Of a stretch of 64,000 nt of DNA, positions 1 through 15,105 are shown piece after piece (the stretch's first letter is position 1; every line of letters begins with the position of its first letter). Below the pieces are notes generated by a model, which made no database searches, was not told where the DNA came from, and worked only from the letters and a program-made list of their open reading frames with translations. A program made the position numbers and the translations under genes. Source of the DNA: Chrysomallon squamiferum (taxonomy: Eukaryota; Animalia; Mollusca); the NCBI GenBank assembly GCA_012295275.1, contig CM022665.1, positions 47,678,001 to 47,742,000 on the forward strand, in the 5' to 3' direction.

Positions 1-1744
1 GATGATGATGATACAAACAAGTTTTCTTCTAGATACTGTGATTTCATAGTCTGTAATCGAATCGTTGAGACTGATGTGAAATAACAAGATTTAATTTAAT
101 CCTTCACTTAGAAGAGAGATTGCATCCAGGCTTTCTTATCAAAGAATATTTTTTAATTAACAGCAAAGTGTCGATTAAAATCGATTAATAATGAAAGAAA
201 CCAGAATTTAATAGCTAACACACACAAAAAAAATCAAAAACAAAATCATGATAATGCTCATGTGCCTTGGTGCCCTAAATTACACTGTTTAATGGCTAAT
301 CCTTGGGTGCGCTGTACGTTTGTGTTGTTCTGTGCACTTAAACGAGTTATTTCAGGATAGATGTTATCGTGTTTATTCTTTAGCTCTAGAATTTTTTTGT
401 ATTATGTATTCATTATAGAAAAAATTAATGATCTTGAAAATCACCACTTATCACAAACACGCGCACACGCACATAATGAAAACGAGTGCACTTTCGTGTT
501 ACAAGATAATGCGTTAATGATTATGACACGTATGAATTCTGGTCTACATTTACACAGATAATGTTTGTTATTTATATCTTATAAGAACATATACAATTAT
601 GCATCAGCATGAACTAACGTACGACAATTTCGGGGCTTGCAACAAATAACTAATATTTTGCAGCAAACTGGTTCCAGGTGTTTCTATCCTAGTCACCAAA
701 GTACCGTGATGAATTCTGATGACGTCACTGCATTCCGTACACTGGTGCCAGTGATGTGTTAACGTTCTTGTCTTCTTTAGTGAATGCGAATCACATTTCC
801 TATTAACAGTGTTCTTGCTGTGTTTATTACTCCCAACGTAATGAAAATGATATTTTCTCTGTATCTATCTTACTTACCAGTTACATATATTTAATAAATA
901 TATATATATATAATTTATTTTTCTCCTTATTTTTCTTTAGATAACTGTTTGTTCATATGTTATTAGAGTTTACTGATGGAAATAGAATTAAAAGAAAAAT
1001 GATGAGTTTATAACAAGGGAAGTGACGTCCTGTTACTGCAGATCGTTTTATATAAACCAGCTTATTACAGTATTGAACATGCGACCGAGTCAATGCCCTT
1101 TACGCAAATATAAAGTAATATCGTTTACGATGACGGACATCATGCTTCTATATTAGCTTCTTCGTGATAATTAGTGCAGCGTATTATGACGTTATTAATG
1201 GTCAGAACAGCTCATCAGCTCTCTTGATTGACCATTGTTGAAGAGAAATTTTCGCCATTTAGTTATCAGATGGCTCAAAATAACAAAATGATGAAGGAAT
1301 TATTTGATACTGCTGTTTATGAAATTCTATGTTATAGATTAAAGAAGCCCATTAATAAACATATTTTATGTATAAACAACATTTCAGGAATAAAGGAATG
1401 CCTGAAGCAAATCGAAAAAAAAAAAAAAAATAACACTGCATGAGTGAAACATAAATGTAAAGGATATATATCTTTCTTCTTCTTCTTTTTTAACCTAAGC
1501 TTTGCTTATTTAATAAAATTAAAGCAGATAATTAATAATTAAAAAAAAAAAAAAAAAAAAAACTGCAAATAATAATACGATCCATACACTCTTTTAACAA
1601 ACAAACAAACAAAAAAAAAAAAAAAAAAAAGAAAGAAGAAGAATGAAGAAGACGAGAATATATTTTAGCTGAAATGATTTTTCTGATTTTTTTTTTTTTT
1701 TTTTTCTTTTTATTTTATTATTATTATAATTTTTTTTTTTTTCA

Positions 1745-1783
<39 letters not shown>

Positions 1784-2125
1784 CATTTTTTTTTTTTTTT
1801 TGAATGAAAATATCGGACAGAAAATCCGTTGCTGCGATTTCAAGACCTAGACATCGACTAACATTAAGGATCGTCATTAAACATCTTTCTACAGTCAGGA
1901 GACTGGATCGTAAATTTTAATAATAAGGAGTTAGCAACTGTTGTGAAAGCAGTATAAGTCATTCTAGGCCTGTTTTTATCTTTTTAAACAAAACCCTGCT
2001 TTTGTATAACCCTGAACATTAGCTGCTTGTAGACTATGTACAAACACCGCACTCCTTGTTGAACACAAGAAATTGTAATAAAACCACAAACAGAACAGAA
2101 ATAATTTTAAATTTAGAAACAGTCT

Positions 2126-2127
<2 letters not shown>

Positions 2128-2167
<40 letters not shown>

Positions 2168-2212
2168 GTATTAATGATAATAATAGTCATAATAATAATA
2201 ATAATAATAGTC

Positions 2213-2251
<39 letters not shown>

Positions 2252-2270
2252 TAATAATAATAATAATAAT
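2128..2270. repeat. (AAT)n microsatellite
   Basis: Directly visible; source of the spurious poly-Asn/Ile ORF. Confidence 0.95.
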
Positions 2271-4375
2271 GAAGGTAATAATTTCAAATGCGAAAAACAT
2301 TATGAGTCATATATATTTTTTCTTAAATAAAACGTCTTGCATACACAATTTGTATTAGATACTTAGCTATTAAAAATAAATAAATAAATAAATAAAATAA
2401 TAATAATAATAATAATAACAACAACAACAATAACAACAATAATTCATAAACGTTTATGATTAAATTTAAAAATGCTGTACAAAATTACATAATTTTATTC
2501 TGCTGGATTTTAAGTTTTGTAATATCATTCTGTGCTGACTACAAAGCACTGGGTATAAATTTCATTAATCTTAAACCAATCCTGTAATCAAACTGTGGTT
2601 AAGTCATCAGTAGGTTCTGGGATCGCATTACACTTCAGGCTCCCATAGGCTACAGAGCTGACCGGAGAACTGACTAACAAGTACACAGTATCTTCTCTGA
2701 AACTAATTTCCTAACGTACTAACAGGTAAACTGGCTTTGTTGACAGCTTTCTGAATAATGTGATTATAAAAGACGTGATGTAACTATCAACTCTTTTTAA
2801 AAGTGATATTTTTAACGGATTTGTGTTTTACATCTAACAGTAAATACGAAAAAGGTATTTCTGAGAAAAAAACAGCTACTAAACCTTCTTAAATATGGTC
2901 TTCTTGTTTATCGTTATTTAAATCCGTCATATTCTGTGACCTAATTTAAAATAAACAAGGAACAAAACAAACAGAAAAAAAAAAAGAGAAAAAAATCAGC
3001 CAAAAAAATAACAACACGAAAACAATAGAAATCGAAAAACAAATCAGACGAGAACAAAACAAAACCAAAAAAAAAAAAAAAAAAATCACGACAAGATGAT
3101 AATGACTGTCCTAGAAGATTCAAAGTTTAATCGATTGCTTTTAATTAAGGTAGACAGGTAGGTAAGTAGATAATAAAAAATAGGTAAGTATGTGACAGGG
3201 AGTGGGTAAAATTGATAAGTTATTGTTTTGTGGTTTTTCATTACGAATTTATTTGCTTATCGATCTGGAAAAACATTTTTATTATTTTGCTTTCTTTCTT
3301 TCTTTTTTGTCTTTTTTCATTATTATTATTATTATTAGTAGTAGTAGTAGTAGTAGTAGTTTATATTGTTATTACTAGCTGTATTAGTATTAGTCTTATT
3401 TATTTATTTATTTATTTTACATAGCTATTTTAATCGTTCATTCTTCCTTTTTCTTTTTTCAGTTCTTTTCTTCATTCGTTCATTTACTAATTTGTGATTC
3501 TCTCTCACTCTGTTACTAATCACGTAGCTATGTAAACGGCTGTGTTGTGTTTAGTAGAACAAAGAAGTGAAATGTAGAACAAAACTCGCACGTTATCAGA
3601 TCGATGTTTCAAATCACTGATCATTAAATACAGAGATTTACTTGAGAAGGCGATAAATAAAAAAAAATAAAAAAATCAATTCCGGTAATCTGTAGGTGGC
3701 TTAGTGCAACACGGAGCTCTAAAAGCCTTCTTGTTAAAACTGTAGTGTTAAATACTATGTGAACCAGACTCGGTTAAGCCTTTGGTCTTAAGCCAGGTTA
3801 GTTACTAAGTTCGTATCCAGTTAATGGCCGCTAACGCTTAAGTCTGAGGAAGCTGTACCATCTCTTTTCTCGGTCTTCTGTTTAACTCTAAATTAACCCT
3901 GCAAAAACGTTCATGAGTTTATACCCGCAGTTAATACTTGCGATATTTACATAAAAAGTATCACAGTTCCTCCATTTATTCATTTATTTGTTTATTATTT
4001 TGTTTTATACCTAATCATTTTAAGGCTTAATTAGCCTGCAATAATGATAATTAATATACATAACGTATTATATAAAACTATTTCTGCCTGCTAGACGCAT
4101 GCAACGTGAGGTTAGCATTGAGTACGTACATATTAGTACACGTATTTTACTTAATTACTACGTCATATACAATAACAACGTAATTACATTCCCGCCCACT
4201 TTTATAAAATACGGCTTGATACGCGATCTAATAAGCAAAATGACGTCACACACGATAATGACATGTTACTGCTCGTTAAAGATGATTGGATAATGTTATT
4301 ACAGATGGCTGTAATACGCATGCAGCTAAGACCACAACCTTATAGAGTCACTGCTACTGCGTGGCATATATATAA

Positions 4376-4412
<37 letters not shown>

Positions 4413-5118
4413 CATAGCTTGATATTGTCGATTCAAACAGAGTTAAAAATAGCACGTAACAGATGTGTCAGTACAACATGAAATAAGATCCAATGTCATG
4501 TTTCTGTTTATGTAACGAGTTAACAGAATAGCAAATACGTGGAAAAAACTTAATTTTTGCTTTTGTTATTTTTACTGTTTTGTTGTTTTGTTGGTTTTTT
4601 TTTTTTTTTTTTTTTTTTTTAAACAAAAATTTGATGTTTGTTGTTTTTTTTGTTGGTGGTGGGTTTTGGGGGATTATTTTGTTGTTGTTGTTTCTTTTTT
4701 TAACTTATTATTATTTAACATCTTCTTGATTAGTTCCATTATCACAACCGCCTCATCGTTCTAATCCGTATTACCATTACTACTATTACCTGTACTGTTT
4801 ACCACAACTACCGATTTTTGTATCACTATTACCACTACTGCAATTACTACTTCTGCTACTACTACTACTACTACAACTACTCCTACAACTATAACTACTA
4901 CTACTGCTACTGTTACTACTATTACTGCTATTATTAATTCTACTACTATAATTACTAATTTTACTACTAGTAATACAAAAACTACCACTACTACTAGTAA
5001 TATGTGTGTCATTGCTAAGCTAATGGTGATATTGTTATTGCTATTATAACTACTAACAAACCAAAATAATAATATAAAAGTAAATAAATAAGTTAATAAA
5101 TAAATTAATAAATAATTA

Positions 5119-5182
<64 letters not shown>

Positions 5183-5798
5183 TCGTAGTAGCAGCAGCAT
5201 TAGTCGTAATTATAGTAGTAAAATTTGTTGTAATCTAACTAGTAGTAGCATAACTGTTGTTGTTGTTGTAGTGTAAGTAGTAGTTACTTTAATGGCAGTT
5301 GAAGTTTCAGTATAATAATAGCTGCTGCTGTTGTAGTCTTGCACGCAGCACGTAAACAAATGGCTGTACCTGATCGATATTAATAACGCCACTATTAAAA
5401 TGCACGTCATAAATTGTTTTCGGGAGTATACATTTGAGCACCTGTTACAGGAACTGCTGGCATAGCAGCCATTGAGGGGTTCCGGCGGCCATTGTGAAAT
5501 TTAACTGTAATTACGACAATTTGTCTAGGCACATATGCAACGGTGCTGATATAAATATCTACCTGTTTGAACCTGGAAAGCGATAAATACAATCAAACAC
5601 CGTCTAAACAAAAAGTGACCTCGTCGCGAAAGTGGGAGTAGAAACGTTGTCGTACTGCACTTTGTACTTGTGTCACGTCGTTGCGTTTGTTTGTTTGTTT
5701 TTGTCTTGTTTGCTGATGTGTGTGTGTGTGGGGGGGGGGTTGCAGCGTTTTCGCTTCTTCTCCTTTGGTTTTCAGCTCGTTGAATGCCTGAACGAATT

Positions 5799-5830
<32 letters not shown>

Positions 5831-6708
5831 ATGCTTACATATAAAAAGAAAGAAGCAAATTAAACACTAACCAAATACAAAGTGTAAATTTACAGTTTAT
5901 TGTAACTTTACAACCCACAAAATCCCAGTTTCATCAAATTCGATCATAGACGCGAATTATACTTAATTACTGTTTTCTCACCTCGACATAGAGTTCATAC
6001 GTAAACATGTTTCAGTATATTTTCACTTAAAAGCAGTTAGGTTAGCAATATTGCCAAAAGAAAATAATGAAATAAATATATTTTATTTGTTTACTAACGT
6101 AGGTGACCTCTAGTGACACCTTTATAAATATATATATATATATATAGGTAGATAGATAAAGGATCCATTTTACGATTGTTAATCCTTCTCAAAACGTTTA
6201 TATATTTATTTATTTGTTTAGTGTGTACATTATCTATTTTTATTGATATAAAAGTAATTTTTCGCGAGTTATTGTGTGTGGGTGTTTTTGACGTGTACAG
6301 GTCAGTAAACAGGTCTATTAGTCTCGCAATTAAAACGGATTAATTCCTGGTCGTAAATGATAACTTGCTGACAAATGGCGGACATTGGACCCAGCGTAAA
6401 TAAACGAGTAACCAGCGCATGGCCGGCACAGATTGAGGAATTCCACTTCACAGTGATTACCAATACTTGACGCGTTGATAAAAATAGCCATTCATTCACA
6501 TCGGGTTTACCCGTTACCCGGATGTGACGTTCCAGGGTCACAACGATAGCAGATATGTTCACAAACACGCCGGTATTTGCCTATCGCCGTTAACTGACTT
6601 GGTGGGTGAAGAAGAAGAAAAGAAAGAAAAAAAAAAAAATCAATGAGAAACTGGTTAGTATTGAACATCCTCTGATTGGCGTGCATGGAATCTCGATAAT
6701 TTCTGGAG

Positions 6709-7608
6709 ATGGTACTTAGATTGATTGCCGACAGAAAAACAAAATGGCGCCTGCGTTTTCTAGCCGTTCTCAACCTGATTGGAAGCCTGTATTTCCTGGT
6801 GATGTGTGCGTGCGCCGCGTACCTCGTCTGGTTTGAAATACTGCCCTGCTTCTACGACGACGGTAAATTAATGATGAGGGTGCACAAGACGTTTGTCGTG
6901 TACGTGTCGGTGAACGCTTTGGGGAATTTCGTCTGCTGTCTGCTGGCGGACAACGGCGTGAGACGTTGCGAAAGTGAGAAGAAGAAGAAGAACGAATGGC
7001 GGTGGAAGGACAGGCCGACGAAAGTGAATTCGTGTGAACACTGCCAGGCTTGGAAGCCGAATCGATCGCACCACTGCCCACTGTGCGCGACCTGCATACT
7101 GAGGAGGGACCACCACTGCTTCTTCATGACAGTCTGCATCGGCTACTTCAACCAGAAGCACTTCATCTTCTACTGCTTGTTCATGTTCGTTGGGACGTTC
7201 TACACGCTGATTATGGTGGTGAAATACGCCCATGCCGAGTACGGCGTCCAGTTCTCAGGACCCCAGACCTTTGTCACTCTGCTGATAGACTTCGTAGCAG
7301 AGGCCATGTCGGGCAGACCGCCATCTGTCTTCCACGTGTTTCTCATCTACATGCTGTACAGCTGTCTCGTCATGGGACTGGCCGCTGTGGCCTTTCTGTA
7401 CTGGCAGGTCGCGATAGCAACCAGTGGACAGACGTCATACGAGGCGTGGCGCGGGTTGGAGACGTACTCTCAGGATTCCGTGAAAGAAAACTGGAAAGAC
7501 GTTTTTGGAAAATACTGGCCCTTGCTGGTGTTGCTCCCGCTGCCCTTACCTCAGTACAGCGATGGAACGTATAATCCAGAAAGCAATACACGCAAGAAGA
7601 AATCATGA
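6709..7608 (+). CDS. ZDHHC22: DHHC palmitoyltransferase, ZDHHC22-like, single coding exon, 299 aa
   Basis: Intact ATG-TGA ORF with a DHHC cysteine-rich domain (CEHCQAWKPNRSHHCPLCATCILRRDHHCFFMTVCIGYFNQKHF), a GQTSYE (TTxE-like) motif and four hydrophobic segments. N-terminal LNLIGSLYFL...SVNALGNF and DHHCFF resemble vertebrate ZDHHC22 more than ZDHHC24 (from memory). Ends in KKKS. Confidence 0.85.
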   Translation: MVLRLIADRKTKWRLRFLAVLNLIGSLYFLVMCACAAYLVWFEILPCFYDDGKLMMRVHKTFVVYVSVNALGNFVCCLLADNGVRRCESEKKKKNEWRWKDRPTKVNSCEHCQAWKPNRSHHCPLCATCILRRDHHCFFMTVCIGYFNQKHFIFYCLFMFVGTFYTLIMVVKYAHAEYGVQFSGPQTFVTLLIDFVAEAMSGRPPSVFHVFLIYMLYSCLVMGLAAVAFLYWQVAIATSGQTSYEAWRGLETYSQDSVKENWKDVFGKYWPLLVLLPLPLPQYSDGTYNPESNTRKKKS

Positions 7609-7668
7609 GAGATGCGATGTGTGTTGACGATACACTTTTAGTTTTTTTAAGATATCGCCTGTTCTAGA

Positions 7669-7770
<102 letters not shown>

Positions 7771-7864
7771 ATATACATATATATCACAATCATACAATTA
7801 CATATGTAATATCTGTTTTCACTTTTTTTTTGTGGTATATTATTATTATTATTATTATTATTAT

Positions 7865-7902
<38 letters not shown>

Positions 7903-8204
7903 ATCTCCGAGAACACCTAGCACACACACACAGAAGTGGAACCAATCAAAGAACGGACGGTTGTTACAGATGCCCGGTGACTGAAAATAACTATTCCGAC
8001 TCCTCCTACGTAATGAATTAGTGAAATGAGGAACACGTGCTGCACGTTCCACTGTGAGTCAATGAAAACCATTATCCCCGCTCATCTAGCCTGCGTGCCT
8101 GTTTCCTATCACATGTCACACGTGCCATTGTTATATTTATTACAGATTTTCATCTCGATCATTATTATATATATTTTTTATTTTTTTACTTTTTAAATAT
8201 AATA

Positions 8205-8836
8205 AATTATAAAGGCTTCGTTTAATATCACTCCTGTTTATATCTTTTCTTAAAGGCTTTATTAATATTAATCATGTTTTATATTTTATTAGTTATTAGT
8301 TTATGGTTTATTTTAGGTTTAGCCAACATTAGTCATTTTTTGAAATATATTACGGGCTTAGCTAATTAATCTTATTTTTTCTTCTTTTTTTGTTTTTAAA
8401 AGGCTTAGTTAATATTAATCATTTTTTATATTTTATTATAGTCTTACTTAATTAGTTATTATTTTATTTTTTATTTTATGTTTAGCTAACATTAGTCATT
8501 TTTAATGTATTTTATTATGGGCTTAGGTTATATAAAATCGTTTTTTTTATATATATATATTTTATTACAGATTTAGATAATTAATCATTTTATATATATA
8601 TTTTGTTTTTTTTCTTTCTTAAAGGCTTAGTTCATATTAATCATTTTTTATATTTTATTATAGTCTTACTTAATTAGTAATGATTTCATATTTTATTTTA
8701 CGCTTAGCTAATAAGTCATCATTTTCTATTTTATTAAAGGTTTTGTTAATATTCAAAAAAAAAATATATATATATATTTTATTAACGGGCTTAGCTAATA
8801 TTAGTCATTTTGTATATGTTATTATATGCTTAGCTG
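8205..8836. repeat. Degenerate AT-rich tandem repeat of about 45-60 bp
   Basis: Recurrent GGCTTAG(C/T)TAATATTA(A/G)TCATTTT core about a dozen times. Confidence 0.75.
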
Positions 8837-8849
8837 GCCTGTCTAGCTT

Positions 8850-9050
8850 TGTTCTGTAGTAAGAGCGCTCGCCTGAAGTATAAAGTCGCCGAATCGATTC
8901 TACTTACTGAGCTATGTCCCGTTCAAGTCGGTGCTCTGTGAATCGTGCATCAATGCCTGAATGTGCTTTTAATCTCTGGGAAGGCGTACGAAACAGATCA
9001 GCTGATGCTTTTCCATAAAGGAACCACTGCAGTAGCTTTCCTCTCATATA
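8850..9050 (+). mobile_element. Decayed SINE-like interspersed repeat
   Basis: tRNA-like head (GTAGTAAGAGCGCTCGCCTG...GAATCGATTC) and a core CTATGTCCCGTTCAAGTCGGTGCTC... that aligns by eye to the reverse complement of 31640-31735. Confidence 0.55.
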
Positions 9051-9169
9051 AATAGTATGCAAATTCACGTATTTAATTACTACATCATATTACTACCGTC
9101 GTTAGTGTAAGTTTATAGGTTATTCAAAACTTAAAATGATTATATTAAAACCATGGATTTGTGTGTGTA

Positions 9170-9209
<40 letters not shown>

Positions 9210-9281
9210 GTTTTGTAGGGTGTTGTTTTCTCTCTCTCTCTTTTTTACATAGACCCCATTTTATTTATTTATTTATGTATG

Positions 9282-9313
<32 letters not shown>

Positions 9314-10014
9314 GAAATATTGAAAATTAATAGAGGAATGGTATTTGTATCACTAAATATAACCAAACATAAAAGTCTAATTAATGTGTTTTGTCGAAGT
9401 AACTATTTTTGACAACAAACTGTCTTCCGTTAAACGTGCACGGGCGTTGCTACGCCAACATTTCTATCTTCTACTCTATCTAGATGCCTGGAGTCCTTGT
9501 TAAATGTGTTTCGGATAAAGATAATAAAAAAGAAGCGGCGTGAATAAACAAACATGATGATAACATACTGCATCAAGTCAAATGCTGCCAATGAAGAATT
9601 TACTTTGCCAGTTGCCTCCCGTAATTTATACTCTTCAGTTCTACCAGTGTATTTATACATCGTCTGTTTCCGTTAGTTGCGGGGAACGTCCCACGTAGGA
9701 ATTAAGAGCGATGTAATAAATCTTGTCTGTATATTGTAACCAACAGAGAATACATAATATATTTGTCTGGTATTAAAATATCAAAGCAGATAAATTTATG
9801 CTTATGTAGATGGACTACGACGAACCGAACGTGACTACTGGCTGAACTAAACAGTAGCCGTGCTAACTGAAAACTGTCGTAACATTGTGCAATATTAGCA
9901 GACGACAGAAGTCTACGTATTTAACTGTTTGCACTCTACGTCTAGGGAATCTTCTAATTGTTTTTATTCTGCTGTATATATAAGATATAAATATCAATAT
10001 CTTCTTATGCAAAC

Positions 10015-10048
<34 letters not shown>

Positions 10049-12013
10049 CATCCGAAATATCAGTTGCATATATACGTATGTCTTTATTTACAATTTGAAT
10101 AAATAGATACATTATTAATTTTTATACTGCAGAAGTAATCGTTAATGTTTAAATTATTATTATTATTATTTTATTTTATTTATTCATTTTTAATGTTTTG
10201 AACAGACCCCTGTTAAGTGACGTCACACTGAGAACAGTAGTTCGTTTGCCCATTATAACACAAATAAACGTAGCATGTAAATGAACGCAACTCTACATAA
10301 CAGAAACATATGCTGTAAACGGAGAGTAACTTAATTCGCCTTGTTGCCGTAACTTTCCTGGTTAATACTCCAAAACGTAGAGCAGACTGTGAACAGATGC
10401 AAACTCTGTTTATGTTCACATGTGGCTGTATGCAATAACTTGTGTATCACTATTAAACAAAAGTAAATAAACCCATGCAACGTTCGCATGCTTCTGAAAA
10501 TATTATTATTACTACATGAAGTTTGAAAAACTTTATATATATATTTCTATTTATAACTGGTGCAGACACAAAAGAAACTGTGTAAAATCGCGCAGGTGTA
10601 AAAAAAACAACGTACTTTTCTTCGAGGGGGTCTATCAGACTGAAGCTATTTCATTTTATCACTTAATGGATTTTTTCTTTTTTGGGGTTGTCATAACTAA
10701 ACATACCGAAAATGAAATGCCCTGCTATTCTCGATTACATGTTAATTTTCTGAAGACATAATTACTTCATTTCAGAACATCAGAACTTTCATTTCAGTCT
10801 CTCTGTAGTGATTCAAGTGTAAGTGTGGACGCCATTTCTCTGGCCACTGATGTGTGAAAATGACTTTATTATTTTTTTAAAGAAATAATTACTACGGGCA
10901 AATGAAAAGAATTAAACTACTATTCCTCTTATGATACTTTTCAAATAATTTATTTATTTTATTTTATTAATAACACTGTATTATTTAGTAGAAATAAATA
11001 AATAAATAAATAGGTAAGTAAGTAAGTAAATAAATAAATGTACTGCTTCAAAACAAACTGCTTGAAGAGAGTTGATAACATGACAGTTACTGGTGAAACA
11101 AAATGGCCGACATGAAATGCTATTTTCTTGTCGATTAACAAGAAGTACGAGCAGGCGGCGGTCTGGTGGCGCCGTTAAGAAGCTTACGGATCAAAGAAGC
11201 TAAATGAGACACACTCGTAGAGACAGTCAAGAGTTCTGGAAAAGTTCCAATTATGTTGAAAAAATACGCTTTCACACTTTCATCAATTCAAGCTACCAGA
11301 CAACGTGATCAAACACGTCCCGTTCTAAGTCAGCAAATACCTTAATATTATATTTATACTAAAAAAAATAAATCAAATCACTTTATCATGGATAAACAGA
11401 TACATTTGCTAAGGCATATATATATATACGCCATATTATTCACTTCCCTGGGTTTTCCCGCCCACATTATTCTTTTTCTTTTCGTGAAATCACGACCAGA
11501 TATTTGCAGTCGTGTATTTGCCCCGGCGAGTGCGAATGGGAAGATCCGTTTGCTTTATTTTCTTTCCGCTTCTCCATCACATAAGTACTGGCTGAGTAGA
11601 TCGTGCTTGTTTGTTATAGTCTGCAAACAGTTGTTTGATTGTGCGAGTAGCTCGCCAAACACAAACAGACGTAGCAAGAGAACGTCCAGCGCATCTGTCT
11701 TTGATTAGCTATTGGTTAATATGCTGCCGATATGAACGAAGTTTGGGATCACGTGATCTGCGGCTGTATAATAGGCGGGAAAAACGTACATACATACATA
11801 CGTACGTACGTATGTGCGTGCATACGAACATTCTTACGCAAACATAAACACATACATACAAACACATAAATACAAACGTGCATACTAACAATAAATGCAA
11901 ACATACATACACATACATATATACATACGTACCAACACATACATATATAAATACATACACACACACACAATATATCGAACTAAAGATTTTAATTTAATTA
12001 ATGAGACCAATAC

Positions 12014-12062
<49 letters not shown>

Positions 12063-12742
12063 ATCCCATCGATTGTTGGATGTCAGACGTTTCCTGTTTA
12101 TGACATAATTATACATCCAACAAATGATGATGAAAATTAGAGTGATCAATTAGAGTTCTTATAAAAAAATATAAAAAAAAGTTAACTACACAGGTTTTAT
12201 CAGTTACAGATATTTAAATCCGCAGTCAAACACAAATTACTATTCGATTTTTTTATTTATTTGTTATGTATATTAAAATTAAATATGTATGAATATTTGT
12301 TATACATGTAGTATTATTTACATTTTATGATATTTGGATGAAACACAAAAAGCAGACGTCGAGTATCAGTGTATTAAATGAAACTTTAATTACTCAAGAA
12401 GAAGAAGAAAAGAAAAATGATATATAAGTTTCCATCCACAATTAAACAGTACATAATAAAAATTACATGCATACATTAGTTACTGTCAATTGTTATATGC
12501 AGTGTGAATAACAATATTAACAATGAAAATATTATTTTTTAATTCTTTGAAAGGTTAACATTACTAAGTAAAAAAACAGCTATTTTATTGTCAACATTAC
12601 ATTATTTTTATTCTTCGTATTAATTGACATTGTTTTACAGTAAAGTCAAACTGTGGAGTGAAACGAGTGGAAAATGTTAACAACACTGGTTCTTTAAAGT
12701 GCTTGCGAAAGAACGTTAGCAGTCGACTAGGAAACAAAAATA

Positions 12743-15105
<2,363 letters not shown>

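Noticed and set aside
2056-5410. Poly-N/I/V/T ORFs (also at 7603-8021, 21587-22079, 30831-31082, 32776-33183, 33696-34090, 40605-40857)
   Set aside because: Translations of (AAT)n, (GTA)n, (CA)n, (TA)n and T-rich microsatellites.
5407-6568. Shared VxVITVK peptide in two minus-strand ORFs (5407-5592 and 6302-6568)
   Set aside because: Only a 6-7 residue resemblance and the flanking DNA does not align; treated as chance.
6770-7606. Several overlapping antisense and alternate-frame ORFs (up to 174 aa) over ZDHHC
   Set aside because: Expected shadows of GC3-rich coding sequence; no recognisable motifs.
9430-9660. 76-aa minus-strand ATG ORF with a hydrophobic middle
   Set aside because: No recognisable family, splice partners or codon bias; cannot be supported without expression or conservation data.
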